Shown here one piece after another: positions 33,317 through 44,565 of a DNA stretch of 64,000 bases. Every line of letters begins with the position of its first letter. Position 1 is the first letter of the stretch. The stretch is from Rebecca billardiae RCC1528 (lineage: Eukaryota > Protista > Haptophyta). The notes under the pieces were generated by a model that worked only from the letters and a program-made list of their open reading frames with translations, ran no database searches and was not told the DNA's origin. Both the position numbers and the translations under genes were made by a program. The stretch lies in NCBI GenBank assembly GCA_965240325.2, contig OZ251252.1, positions 434,001-498,000 of the forward strand, written 5' to 3'.

Positions 33317-35344
33317 ATGTCGGCGCTGCCCGCGGAGTCGCCCGCGGTGCTCAAGGCGCAGGCGCTCCTGCGCGAGATGACGAGCGTCGACGACGGCACC
33401 GCCGAGGCCCGCACCGCCGCCGGCGCCGACGCGGACCGCCGCCACTCGCTCGCAGGCGGCGCCGAGCACGCGCCGCCGCCGCCGCCCGACGGCGGCGAGG
33501 CGGACGAGACGCTGGACGCGCCCGCCCTCCGGCGCGAGCTCGCGCGCGCGCGCAAGCACAAATCCGCCCTCCTCCACGAGCTCGACCACCTGCGCGGCGC
33601 CCTCGATCAGCAGCGCGCCGCGGGCGAGCGCGTGCGTGCGGAGAAGGCGGACGTGGTGCTCAAGGCGCGCATGCTCGCCAAGGAGCTGGCCGAGGCGAAC
33701 AAGGCGGACGACGCGGCGCTGCGGCGGATGCTCGTCGCCGCGACCACGCCAATCGCCTCGCCCTCGGCCAACGGCGCCTACTCGCCGCACAGCTGCCAGA
33801 CACCTCGCGGCGCGGGGCACGCGCGCACGCCCTCGCGTGGCGGCAACGAGGGCGCGGGCAGCGCGCCCCGCCGGCACGGACGGACGCAGTCGTGGGGCGC
33901 GGCGCCGAGCCCCGTCGGCGCCGGGGCTGCCGCCGAGCGCCACGCGAGCAGCTTCGTCAAGAGCGCGCGCGCGAGCGTGGGCGAGCGCAGCGCGAGTGGC
34001 GGCGGCCTCGTCTCGGCTGCCGCGAGCACGGCCGCCGCGGCCGCGGCCCGCGGCGGGGGCGGCGGCGGGGGCGGCGGGCAGAGCGGCGAGGCGACGCCGG
34101 GGCTCTCGCTCGCGAGCGCCGCGTCCCAAATCCTCATGCTGCGCAAGGAGGTCAAGTACCTGCAGAAGCAGTGGAACGGCGCGCGGCGCGAGAGGGACGC
34201 CATGTGCGCCGCGCAGGCGGAGGCGGCGCAGCAGGGCGCGGCCGACGCGCACCGGCTGCGGCTCGCGGCGAGCCGCATGGCGGAGCAGCTCGCGCAGCAG
34301 GCGGCGGAGCGCGCGCTGTACGCGCGCGAGATCTCACGGCTGCGCGCGCTCTGCGGGTACCGCGTGGCCGAGGGGCTGCTCGACGCGGCCGCGGCCGCGC
34401 CGCCCGCGGGCGGAGCGCTGGGCGGCGGCGGCGGCGGCGGCGCGGGCGCGCCGGGCGCTCCGACCGCGGAGGGCGCGGGCGCGGGCGCGCCGCTCGCCGA
34501 CTGGGAGTCGGTGCACGCGGCGGGCCTGATCGACGAGCGCGCGCTCCACGCGCTCGCCGAGCGCGCCGGCGCGCCGCCCGCCTCGTATGGCCAGGCGCTC
34601 TCGCTCTGCGGCTCGCAGTGCGCGCAGCTCGCCGAGCTGGAGGCCCAGCTGCACGAGGCGGCGCACGAGCGCACGACTCTGGTCGAGCGGCTGGTGGCGG
34701 CGCAGGAGGAGCGGATGCGGCTGCTCAACCTGAACGACGAGATGTCGCGGCAGGTGCGCGCGTGCGCGCGCCGGCGCGCGCCCCGGCGCGCGCGCGCTCA
34801 CCTGGGCCCGCGCGCCCCACCCGCCCCGCCCCCCCTCGCGGCCGGCCGGCGGGCTGCGCTGCGCGCTCGGGCGGCGCAGGCGGCGCGCGAGAGGCGCGCC
34901 GCGCCCAGCACGCCCTCCGACGCGCAGTCGGCGGCCTCGTCGGCGTGGGCGGCGTTCCAGCGCTCGACCAGCAAGCGCGAGGCGGCCAGCGCGGCGGGCG
35001 GGGCTGGCGGCGCGGCGGCCGACGCGCCCCCCGAGCCGTCTGGGCCGGCGGCGGCCGCGGCTGAGCCCGCGGGCGGCGCCGAGTGCGGCGGCGGCAGCGC
35101 CGAGCTGGACGACAGGGGGGCCTCGCACGAGGCGGGCGGCGGGCAGGGCGCGGCGCACGCGGCGCGCTTCAAGCCCAAGATGAAGATGCCCAAGTTCAGC
35201 GCGCCGCGCCGCCCGAACCTCGCGCGCGCGTCCACGGCGCTCGGCTCGAGCCCGACGGCCGCGGCGGGCGAGCCGCCGTCTGACCCTGCGGCTGCGGACG
35301 CGGACGGGCGGCACGGCGCCGAGCCGGCGGGCCACGGCGGATGA
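33317..35344 (+). CDS. Hypothetical coiled-coil protein; probable intron 34754-34879
   Basis: ATG at 33317, genic codon usage, heptad-rich segments (LRKEVKYLQKQW, LVAAQEERMRLLNLNDEM), one GTGCGC...GCAG intron. Family not recognised. Confidence 0.7.
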   Translation: MSALPAESPAVLKAQALLREMTSVDDGTAEARTAAGADADRRHSLAGGAEHAPPPPPDGGEADETLDAPALRRELARARKHKSALLHELDHLRGALDQQRAAGERVRAEKADVVLKARMLAKELAEANKADDAALRRMLVAATTPIASPSANGAYSPHSCQTPRGAGHARTPSRGGNEGAGSAPRRHGRTQSWGAAPSPVGAGAAAERHASSFVKSARASVGERSASGGGLVSAAASTAAAAAARGGGGGGGGGQSGEATPGLSLASAASQILMLRKEVKYLQKQWNGARRERDAMCAAQAEAAQQGAADAHRLRLAASRMAEQLAQQAAERALYAREISRLRALCGYRVAEGLLDAAAAAPPAGGALGGGGGGGAGAPGAPTAEGAGAGAPLADWESVHAAGLIDERALHALAERAGAPPASYGQALSLCGSQCAQLAELEAQLHEAAHERTTLVERLVAAQEERMRLLNLNDEMSRQVRACARRRAPRRARAHLGPRAPPAPPPLAAGRRAALRARAAQAARERRAAPSTPSDAQSAASSAWAAFQRSTSKREAASAAGGAGGAAADAPPEPSGPAAAAAEPAGGAECGGGSAELDDRGASHEAGGGQGAAHAARFKPKMKMPKFSAPRRPNLARASTALGSSPTAAAGEPPSDPAAADADGRHGAEPAGHGG

Positions 35345-35656
35345 CGCAGCCTGCCGGCGTCCGGCGAGAATGCTCGCCTAGTCCTCAGCTGTCGGTGCCA
35401 TGCGCGTGGCAACGTCGCGTACGCCGCCGGCCGCCGGGACATCCGTCCGGTCGTCAAGGCGGTCGTCGACATTTTCGGCGCCGGCGGGATTTTCCTGCCT
35501 CACGTCGATCAAATAATTAAACTGCTAAAAATATTAAAAAAAAACTCCTGGAGTCCTCGCGCGGCCCGAATCATCACTCCGCTCGCGCCGCCCGAGCCGA
35601 CGCTCGACGGGCGCCGAGCCGCCCGCGGCGCCTGCTCACATCTTCGGCGCCGCACG

Positions 35657-38128
35657 ATGCGCTGCTGGGTGGCGGCCGTGCTCGCGTGCTGCGCCGTGAG
35701 ATGTGCCGGCGCGTTCCTCTTCGCGGGCTCGCGCGAGGTGCGTCGCCGCGTGTGCCGCACGGCTCGCCCGCCGCGCGTTCCGCACCTCACCCGCAGCGCA
35801 CGCGCCGCCCTCCGCTCGCGCGACGCAGGTGAAGCGCCTGCGCGAGCAGCTCACGCAAGCGAGCGCGCAGCTGGACGCGCAGGCGCAGCACATCGAAGCG
35901 CTGTACACGATGCTCGGGCACACCGTCAGCGTCGTGCCGCCGAGCGGCCGCGCGGGTGGCGCGGGTGGCGCGCAGGTCTCGGGCGGCGCGCGCGCGCACT
36001 CGCCGAGCGCCGCGCCTGGCGGCCCGAGCGCGGTGCCCGGCGGGAGCTCGTTCGCAGCCGAGATCCTCGAGCGCGAGCGCACGCGCTCGCTCGAGAAGCT
36101 GACCCTCAAGTGGACCGTGGACGTGGGCGTGCGCGTGTGCTCCGTCTCGTTCATGACGCTCTTCTCGGAGGGAGCGCTGCCGCGCGTGCTGTTCGCGGGG
36201 GACGAGAACGGGACGCTGCACGGCTTCAGCCGCTCGGGCGCGCGGCTCGTCTCCTACGCGACGGAGCACGCCGACGCGATCACCGCGCTGGCCTTCGGCT
36301 CGCGGGAGGGTGCGCGCGCGCGCGCGGCGCGCGTCCGCTCCGCCCACGCGCGGCGCCGCGCGGCCGCGCGGCCGCGCTCACGGATGGATGCGGCTGCGGC
36401 GCCACCATATCGCGCGCGCGCGCCGCAGAGCCGTTCGTCGCGACCGCGTCCGCCGACGGCAACGTGATCGTGCACAACATCTCCATCTCGCGCGACCGCA
36501 GCGCGCGGCCGCCAAAGGCGCGCGCCCCCAGGCAGCCGGGCGCGGCCGAGGGCGCGGACGCGCCGCTCGCCGGCCCGCCGCCGCCGCCGCCGCCGCCCGC
36601 GCTGTCGCTCAGGCTGGACCGCGTGATCCCGCTGCAGCCCGACGGCGACCTCCGCTTCGCCAGCCCGGCGGTGACCGCGCTCGAGGTGTACTCGCGCGGC
36701 CGGCGCTCGGTGCTGCTGGCGGGCGACAGCCAGGGCGTGTGGCGCATGCTGCAGCGCAACGGCACGCTCGTGCGCACACTCAAGGTGGGGCAGGGCGGCG
36801 GCGTGAGCGCGTCGGCGAGGCTGGGCACGGTGCTCGCGTACGGCACGAGTGACGGCGCCCTCGGGCTGATCGACCTGCACCGCTTCGCGCCGCTGCGCGC
36901 GTGCGAGCTGCCCGCCGCCGACGACGCCGCCGCCGCCGGATCGGCGCCCGCGCCCGCGCCCGCGGTCGTGAGCCTCGCGTTCGACCCGCAGCTGAGCCAG
37001 CTGCTGTATGCCGGCACGGCGGACGGGCTGACGCACGCGTTCAACACGAGGGCGCGCCGGCGCGACCCCGCGGCCGAGGCGGTGCTGCAGCGCGGCACGC
37101 CGCGGCAGAAGCAGGCGGCCACGCAGACGGTGACCGTGTGCCAGCGCGTCAGCTCGTGGTCGACGCACGCGCCCGCCGCCGCCGGCGTCGCGCTCGGCGC
37201 GTCCAAGGGCTTCGTCTTCGGCGCGAGCGCGCCCGCGCCCGCGCCCGCCGGGCGGCGCGGCGCGCCCGCGCCGAGCGCGCCGGAGCCGGGCGTCTTCTCG
37301 GTGACCAACGTGTCCGCCCTGTACGGGCACACGAAGGGCAGCCCGCGCGCGCTGCTCACGCTGCCGCTGCACGCGCAGCCCGCGCTCGCACACGCGGGCG
37401 CGCACGGCGGCGGTGAGAGGGCGCGCGTGCTGCTCGCCGTGGGCGCGCGCACGCTGGCGGTGGCGGGCGGCGGCAACGCGACCGAGCTCCGGCTGTACGA
37501 GCACCGCTTCGAGTACGTCGAGCCGCGGGACGGGTTCAACATGCGCGGGCCCATGTGCGCGCTCGCGCGGCGCGCTCGCGCCGCGCGCACCCGCCGCGCG
37601 CACCCGCCGCGCCGCGCGCAGCCCACCGACGCTGCTCTCGCGCGCGCGCCCGGCGTCCGCGCGCGCCCCCTCTGCTCCCTGGTGCGCGCTCCTCGTGTGG
37701 CCAGGGTCGTGCTCGCCCTCGTCATCACGGTCGGCTGGCAGGTGTGGAAGAAGTGGAGCAACGACCGCTCGGCGGGCGACGGCGGCGCTCGCGGCGTGGG
37801 CGGCGGCCTCGCCAACCGGCGCGCCGCTGACCTTGCCGCCCTCGACCGTGAGATGGAGCAGCTGCGCTCGCTCGGCGGCGAGGGGCTGCTGGGCGACGCC
37901 GACGGCGGCCCGGGCGGCGGCCGCGCGGCGCTCCGCGGGGCCGGCTCCTCGCGGCGCGCGGGCGGCGGCGGCCTCGCCTCCAGCTCGTCCTCCGCGTACG
38001 GCCGTGGCGCCGACGCGCGCGGCATGGGCCGCGGCGCGGGCGGCGGCAGGCTGTCCGAGGCGACCCGGCGCGCCAAGTTCAACGAGATCTTCGACGACGA
38101 CGACGACGGCGACGATGGCTACGACTGA
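35657..38128 (+). CDS. Signal peptide + coiled coil + WD40-like beta-propeller + single TM protein; introns 35738-35828, 36310-36428, 37555-37704
   Basis: Splicing joins the 35657 and 35703 ORF frames. WD-like blades (FAGDENGTLH...HADAITALAF, VATASADGNV, LAGDSQG, LYAGTADG); TM VVLALVITVGWQVW followed by KK. The architecture resembles plant At1g75140-like membrane proteins (recall, unverified). Confidence 0.7.
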   Translation: MRCWVAAVLACCAVRCAGAFLFAGSREVRRRVCRTARPPRVPHLTRSARAALRSRDAGEAPARAAHASERAAGRAGAAHRSAVHDARAHRQRRAAERPRGWRGWRAGLGRRARALAERRAWRPERGARRELVRSRDPRARAHALAREADPQVDRGRGRARVLRLVHDALLGGSAAARAVRGGRERDAARLQPLGRAARLLRDGARRRDHRAGLRLAGGCARARGARPLRPRAAPRGRAAALTDGCGCGATISRARAAEPFVATASADGNVIVHNISISRDRSARPPKARAPRQPGAAEGADAPLAGPPPPPPPPALSLRLDRVIPLQPDGDLRFASPAVTALEVYSRGRRSVLLAGDSQGVWRMLQRNGTLVRTLKVGQGGGVSASARLGTVLAYGTSDGALGLIDLHRFAPLRACELPAADDAAAAGSAPAPAPAVVSLAFDPQLSQLLYAGTADGLTHAFNTRARRRDPAAEAVLQRGTPRQKQAATQTVTVCQRVSSWSTHAPAAAGVALGASKGFVFGASAPAPAPAGRRGAPAPSAPEPGVFSVTNVSALYGHTKGSPRALLTLPLHAQPALAHAGAHGGGERARVLLAVGARTLAVAGGGNATELRLYEHRFEYVEPRDGFNMRGPMCALARRARAARTRRAHPPRRAQPTDAALARAPGVRARPLCSLVRAPRVARVVLALVITVGWQVWKKWSNDRSAGDGGARGVGGGLANRRAADLAALDREMEQLRSLGGEGLLGDADGGPGGGRAALRGAGSSRRAGGGGLASSSSSAYGRGADARGMGRGAGGGRLSEATRRAKFNEIFDDDDDGDDGYD

Positions 38129-38644
38129 CGCGCCGCGTGCCCGAGCGCGCGTGACTGACCGTGCGAGGGCCAGCGCAAACCGTTAGCGCTTGCGGCCCGG
38201 GCCGTCAGACAGTTTGAGTTGGGCTGACAACTGTGATCAAGGTCGGACCGAGCTTGCTGAATTGAGTCGCGCGCGGAGTCCTGATGAGATTCTGTCGGTC
38301 CGCGTCACGCGGACACGGCCGGGACTCGGAGGCCGGGGCGGGGGCTGACGAGCTCAGAGCGTGCAGGCGAACCATATCGGGCTGTGACGCTGCATAGTTG
38401 ATAGTAGAAACCGAGTAGCGGTAAAGTTTCATCAACTATCAAGAACGCCCGTTCGTCGGCGTTCTGACGCCGATCTCACCACGGTAAGCCGTAAGACTGT
38501 AGTAGTAGTAGTACAATTCCATACTACAGCTCACCGTATATATATATACTTTAACGACGTGGTATGTAGTGAATGGGTATTTTCGCTTCGGATCGTCGGG
38601 AAGATGGGGTCGACGCATCATCATCAGTCATGACAGCCTGCCAT

Positions 38645-40760
38645 CAAAGGAATGAAAGAGAGATAGGACGGCAACTCCAGTGACCGAGGTCATGCGAAAG
38701 ACGCCATCGTGCGGGGGGCCGCAGCCCGCTGAGCCGAGGCGCAAGCCGGGGCCGCACCCTCCCTCCTGCTCCCGGGCGCCGCTCCGCCACGGGCGTGCAC
38801 GCCGCGAGTTCGACGCGCGCGGCGCTGCCATGCTGCCGACGCTTCGACCGGATCGTCGACCGGCTGCCGCCGCGCCCGCGCCCGCCGCCGAGCCCACCGG
38901 GTGCGCCACGCGCTGCGCGGCATGCGCGGGCGCCGAACTGACCGGCGCCGCCGCGAGCGCCCGCACGAGGGGCGAGAGAGTGGCAATTTCGCGGGTGTTA
39001 AGGTTTGAATGTGGGGTTGGGCCAATCCAGCTCCCATACAGACCTTAACACCCGCGAAAATGTCCCCAGACCGTGCGCTCACGATGCGCGTATGCTACCT
39101 GCCTGGGTGCAATGAAGCTGGTTGTGCACCTCTGCGAGCGCCGTCGCCCAAGTCGAGAGAGCGGATATTTCGCGGGTGTCTTTGTTTGGGCAGTGCCCCG
39201 TGTTACTACTCTCGGCATACACGCCCAAAGACCCGCGTTCTAGACCACAGGGCGCGAGCAGACCACGACGCGCACACGCTGCGCGCCTTGGCACAATGCA
39301 CCTGGCCATGCGACGCCCGTGCGAGCGTCGTCCGAGGCGAGAGAGGGGGCGATTCGCGGGTGTCTTTGCTTCTTTGGAGGGTTGTGCCCATGCCCTTGGC
39401 ACGCAGACCTTAACACCCGCGGTTTGTCCGAAGACCGCGCGCTCACGACAGCGCGCGCGCGCTGCGCGTCGTAGTCAAGCGAATGCAGACTGCCTAGCCC
39501 CAACCAGCGTTCGGCACTGGCGGATATCGACGACGATGCTGAGTCGCGGTCGGAGAGAGACGATGGCAGTCACCTGGGTCAGATTGCAGCCTCTAGAGTC
39601 GGCACATACAACAGAGGCTTCGGACTAGGTGCTAGGCAGCGTGCGCAACGATGATGTTCGGTCTATGAAGTGATCGCGCCTAGCGACTACTGTCCCGCCC
39701 GTGATGATAATACCCTGGGCCACTCGGTTGCATCATGCCATTCATGGCATCGCGGTGGATATGATGAATGGCACGCGCATGATGTCTCCGGCAGGTTTCC
39801 TTGAAGATGATACGAGCATCTGCCTGCGTTGGGCGACGCTCTCTAGGCTCTAGCGCGTTCAAGGATGGCGCAGTTGCTGTTGGCAGTGCTTGCAGCTAGC
39901 CGAGTCCTCCACGACGCGCAGCGCGCGCACGCTGTCGTGAGCGCGCGCTGTCGTGAGCGCGCGGTCTTCGGACAAACCGCGGGTGTTAAGGTGTGCGTGC
40001 CAAGGGCATGGGCACAACCCTCCAAAGAAGCAAAGACACCCGCGAATCGCCCCCTCTCTCGCCTCGGACGACACTCGCACGGGCGTCGCATGGCCAGGTG
40101 CATTGTGCCAAGGCGCGCAGCGTGTGCGCGTCGTGGTCTGCTCGCGCCCTGTGGTCTAGAACGCGGGTCTTTGGGCGTGTATGCCGAGAGTAGTAACACG
40201 GGGCACTGCCCAAACAAAGACACCCGCGAAATATCCGCTCTCTCGACTTGGGCGACGGCGCTCGCAGAGGTGCACAACCAGCTTCATTGCACCCAGGCAG
40301 GTAGCATACGCGCATCGTGAGCGCACGGTCTGGGGACATTTTCGCGGGTGTTAAGGTCTGTATGGGAGCTGGATTGGCCCAACCCCACATTCAAACCTTA
40401 ACACCCGCGAAATTGCCACTCTCTCGCCCCTCGTGCTGGCGCTCGCGGCGGCGCCGGTCAGTTCGGCGCCCGCGCATGCCGCGCAGCGCGTGGCGCACCC
40501 GGTGGGCTCGGCGGCGGGCGCGGGCGCGGCGGCAGCCGGTCGACGATCCGGTCGAAGCGTCGGCAGCATGGCAGCGCCGCGCGCGTCGAACTCGCGGCGT
40601 GCACGCCCGTGGCGGAGCGGCGCCCGGGAGCAGGAGGGAGGGTGCGGCCTCGGCTGCGCCTCGGCTCAGCGGGCTGCGGCCCCCCGCACGATGGCGTCTT
40701 TCGCATGACCTCTGCCCGCGCCGCACTGGGAGTTGCCGTCCTATCTCTTTCATTCCTTTG
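38645..40760. mobile_element. Foldback-type long inverted repeat: ~830-850-bp arms (38645-39472 / 39911-40760) around a ~440-bp spacer
   Basis: Arms are near-identical reverse complements (mirrored ORFs 39122+/39843-, 39009+/39986-) with a few substitutions and indels. Each arm repeats TTCGCGGGTGT and carries an internal hairpin (38987-39060). Confidence 0.8.
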
Positions 40761-40962
40761 CTGCCATCACGCCTGATCAAGGGCCTTGGCGGCTTGGCCT
40801 GATCAAAGGAATCAAGGGGGGCGCCAAGAATCACGGGCCAAGCCGTGATTCCTTTGGCCTGATCACGTGAACCGATTTCACGTCGTCCAAGACATTAATC
40901 TCCTCGCGATTTCACTACAAGCAGTTCTTCAGCAGTGTCCAGAGCTCCATCGCCGAGGTCTG

Positions 40963-43020
40963 ATGGGGAGCGGAGAGCCGCGCGCCGCGCACGCTGGGGG
41001 TACAAGGGTACTCGACGCCACCAGGACGGCGGTGTACCTTATCGCCAGCCTCACGACCTCGCCGTCGCGGCTTCGCGCCATCGGCCCCACGCTGCGCTCC
41101 CTCGGCGCTGAGCACCAGCGCCGCCCCTTTGACGAGGTACTGCTCAACCTGCCGCGCACCTTTGGGCGCACGGGCGAGGGGTACCCCGCGCAGCTGCCGG
41201 CGGCGGTGACGGCGGTCGCGAGCGTGAACCGCGTGGAGGAGGACTGGGGTCCGGCGACGAAGCTCGTGCCCACCGTGCGCTACCTGCTGCACACGCGGCT
41301 GCCCGTGATCGCGCAGAGGCTCGGCCTGCCGCCGCACGGCCGCGAGGACGAGGTGGTGTCGCGCACGCACATCGTGGTCGTGGACGACGACATCTTGTAC
41401 CCGGCGGGTATGGCGGCCTCGTTCGCCGAGACAGCGAGCCCGCTCATCTCGGAGGCCGCCTCGGGCTTCGTGCTCGTGCCGCGCACGCTGGACAACCCGC
41501 GCGGCCATGTGCAGGTGCGCGACAAGCACGGCGCGCAGCTGGACGTCGCGGAGGGGTTCGGCGGCTGGCGCATACCGCTCGCGGCGTTCGATCGCAACGT
41601 GTCGCGCTTCGAGGCGCGGATGCGTGCGCTCATCAGCGACCGCGATGCGCGCGTCTCCGACGACCTGCTTGCGTCGGAGTACCTCGCCGAGCGCTCGATG
41701 CCGCTCGCGCTGCACCGCACGGCGCGGTTCAGCAAGGCGATGCTGCAGATCAGAGAGCTGGGGCTCGCGCAGGACGCGCTGCACCGGACGAATACGTCAG
41801 GGGACGAGCACTGGGCGCGGTACTGGCGCGTGCTCGAGTCGGACCGGCTGTACGCGCTGCACATGCCCGAGCGGTGGGGCGTGCTCTGCTCCGCGCGCAT
41901 GCAGCCGCTGCCGCCGCCCGCCTGCCGCAACCTGAGCGGCACGCGCGGCTTCCACCTGCTGGGCGAGCGGCACTGCGGCACCAACGCGCTGAGCGAGCTG
42001 ATGCGCATCACCTTCGACGCGCGCGAGCCGTCGTTTCAGAAGACGTTCAAGCACATGTGGACAACGGACTCACCCGCCGCGCTCGCGGCGATGAGCGCCT
42101 CGCTGCGCCGGCTGCACGGCTCCGGGCAGCCAGTCGTGATCATGGTGCGCGAGGCGGTGCAGTGGCTCAACGCCATGCAGATCGACCCGCACCACGCGCC
42201 GTGGATGCGCTTCATGCCCATGGCCAAGTTCGGCATTGTCGGGTGGGTCTCGTCGATCACGAACAGCGCGGTCTCGCGCGCCAAGTGCGAGAAGCTCGGG
42301 CTGCTGGCGCGCGGCAGCAACGAGAGCGACATGACGGCGATCGGGCGGCTGTGGGCCGGGCAGCAGCGGCGGTGCGCGGTGCACGCGTTCGACTCCATCC
42401 TCGCGCTGCGCAGCGCCAAGCTGCGCCTGCTGCGCGACGCGTTCGACCTGGTGCCCGCGGACGAGGCCACGCAGCGCGAGCAGCTCGTGCGCACGGTGAG
42501 CCGCAGCGCAGGCGGCGGCCCCGTGCTCGTGCTGCGGTACGAGGACTTTGTGCTGCGCGCAAACGCCGTGCCGTGCATGCTCGCGCGACAGCTGCGCGTG
42601 TGCGCGCCGCGCTCGTTCGCGCGCCTCGTCTCGGAGCCGCTCCGCCCCGGTGGCACCCCGGCGACGGCGTTGGGCGGCGCCGTCCTAAAAAAGCTCGGGC
42701 GCGTGGCCGACAACCCTTGCACACACTTTCAGCGGCTGCCATCCATCACGGCGTCGCGCATCCGGGACGGGCTCGACTGGGAGCTCGAGCAGCTCTTTGG
42801 GTACGGCGACAAGCGCTCGTACGTAGCGTGCACGCCGTCCAGCAGTAGCGGTCGTCTGGTGATGACGCCGACCAAATTCGCCCGCTCGGCCGCGCCCGCA
42901 ATCGCAAAGCTCTTGCGCCGCAAGCACGACACCCCACCAAGGCTACGCCTTCTGCTGGCGGCGGCGGACGGTGCGGCGGTGCGTGAGCAGCCTGCTGTCG
43001 TGCTTGGCAATGCCGCCTAA
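40963..43020 (+). CDS. Glycosyltransferase (GT-A, DxD)-sulfotransferase fusion, copy 1
   Basis: N-domain ASLTTSPSRL...DEVLLNLP...DWGPATKL...IVVVDDDILYP...SDDL; C-domain LLGERHCGTN (5'-PSB-like), FKH, MVREAVQWLNAM (3'-PB-like), LRYEDF. Intronless, with a unique first ~20 aa. Confidence 0.8.
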   Translation: MGSGEPRAAHAGGTRVLDATRTAVYLIASLTTSPSRLRAIGPTLRSLGAEHQRRPFDEVLLNLPRTFGRTGEGYPAQLPAAVTAVASVNRVEEDWGPATKLVPTVRYLLHTRLPVIAQRLGLPPHGREDEVVSRTHIVVVDDDILYPAGMAASFAETASPLISEAASGFVLVPRTLDNPRGHVQVRDKHGAQLDVAEGFGGWRIPLAAFDRNVSRFEARMRALISDRDARVSDDLLASEYLAERSMPLALHRTARFSKAMLQIRELGLAQDALHRTNTSGDEHWARYWRVLESDRLYALHMPERWGVLCSARMQPLPPPACRNLSGTRGFHLLGERHCGTNALSELMRITFDAREPSFQKTFKHMWTTDSPAALAAMSASLRRLHGSGQPVVIMVREAVQWLNAMQIDPHHAPWMRFMPMAKFGIVGWVSSITNSAVSRAKCEKLGLLARGSNESDMTAIGRLWAGQQRRCAVHAFDSILALRSAKLRLLRDAFDLVPADEATQREQLVRTVSRSAGGGPVLVLRYEDFVLRANAVPCMLARQLRVCAPRSFARLVSEPLRPGGTPATALGGAVLKKLGRVADNPCTHFQRLPSITASRIRDGLDWELEQLFGYGDKRSYVACTPSSSSGRLVMTPTKFARSAAPAIAKLLRRKHDTPPRLRLLLAAADGAAVREQPAVVLGNAA

Positions 43021-44565
43021 CTACACGGTGGAACTGATGGCTGACGACGCACTCGTGCGCCTCGGCCGGGCAGCACTTCGCCGCGGTACTTCTGATGCCA
43101 TGCCACTCGGCGCGGGCTCCCGGGCCTGACTGAGTGACTGGGTCAGTGGGTGGGCCAAGTCACTAAGCCTGGCCCGCCTGGGCGTCCGAGAGATGGCTCA
43201 TTGAGAGCTGTCAGTCGGCCGCCCGGCGGACGCGTCATATGCGGCTCAGCGCCGCCACTGCTGCTTCGATTAGTACGTTACGTATAAATGTCGTATACGT
43301 ACACTCACGACAACTTCCGAGTGAGTCAGTGACCGAGGCAGGAGGCTGACGTCTGACGACGAGCACGGCCACGGAGCAGCGGTAACCTACCGCGCGTCCC
43401 GCTGTCACAGGACTCACTGGCAGGGGGGGCATGACCGAGCAGCCCACTGAATTGTGATTAATTTTCGTCGACGACCATGCGATTTAGGTGTCTGACGAGC
43501 GTGGCGCTCGCGGAGGCACCCACAAATATGTCCTGGAACCCAGCCCAGCCACGGGTCAGAAGCACCCAAAACTGACTCCGCGTGCCGTCGCGCGGTCGCC
43601 CGTGCGCGCACGCCTGACGCCTGAGCTGCGCCACTGTGCCACATACAGATGATTCAGCCAAACGTCAACGACTTGTTATGGCGGCTAAATGACGGTATGT
43701 CGTCGGACTTACTTATTCATAACCGTTGCAACCCGCGCCCCAACAAAATTACGATCGATGGAATTGCTGAATTTTAGTAGGCACGATGACAAGTGCGCGT
43801 AGAGGTCGGTGAAAAACTACTCCAAGACCGAGCATGTTACCCACTCACTCCACTGCTAATTAGAGACGACATGTACCCGATTACCTACCCGTGTATTATA
43901 CAATGCGGGTGGGGTTTAAATATATATTCAGGGTGGTGTCAATATGGGGGTACCTTGTTCACTATTCGTGCGCTGCAAGTCATCCGAATAGTCCGCGCCG
44001 CCGCGCGGAGACGGCGCGGGCTCATGCCACTCAAACCCGACTAACCGTCCCGCAGCAGGGCCAGGCCCGGACCGACGGACCTGATGCGGGCTGGCGGGCT
44101 GCGTGCCGAATAAGCACACCGTACCAAGCCCACCTCTGAGTCAGTGAGCATGCCACCATCCCCATAGTCGTGAGAGAGTCCTCGTGAGGGGGTCCATCGA
44201 AGCTGATGGACCCCCTACGGAAGTCGGACGACATAAATAATGCGCGAATATCTGCGCTATAACATCAGCGTCAGCTAGCTGCTAGGCCAGCAATATATCG
44301 GGCCCAATTCTGACTATTAATGGCGACTGTCAGGCGGCCTGAACGGGACGAAATGTGGGTAACAGTATATCCGCCAACTTCCGTCCAAATTTCGGACCCA
44401 GGAGCCCGTCCACGCCCGGGTTCCGTTTCAATTGTTTGCGGCGAGCACGTCCGTGACACCATGTCACGGGCGTCTGACGGAGCTACAGGGCTCACGCGCA
44501 TGCCGCCGAGTGCACGCTTGGGCTTGTCGTGGTGCTCGTGGCAGCACGCGCGCGCGCGTGGGCGC

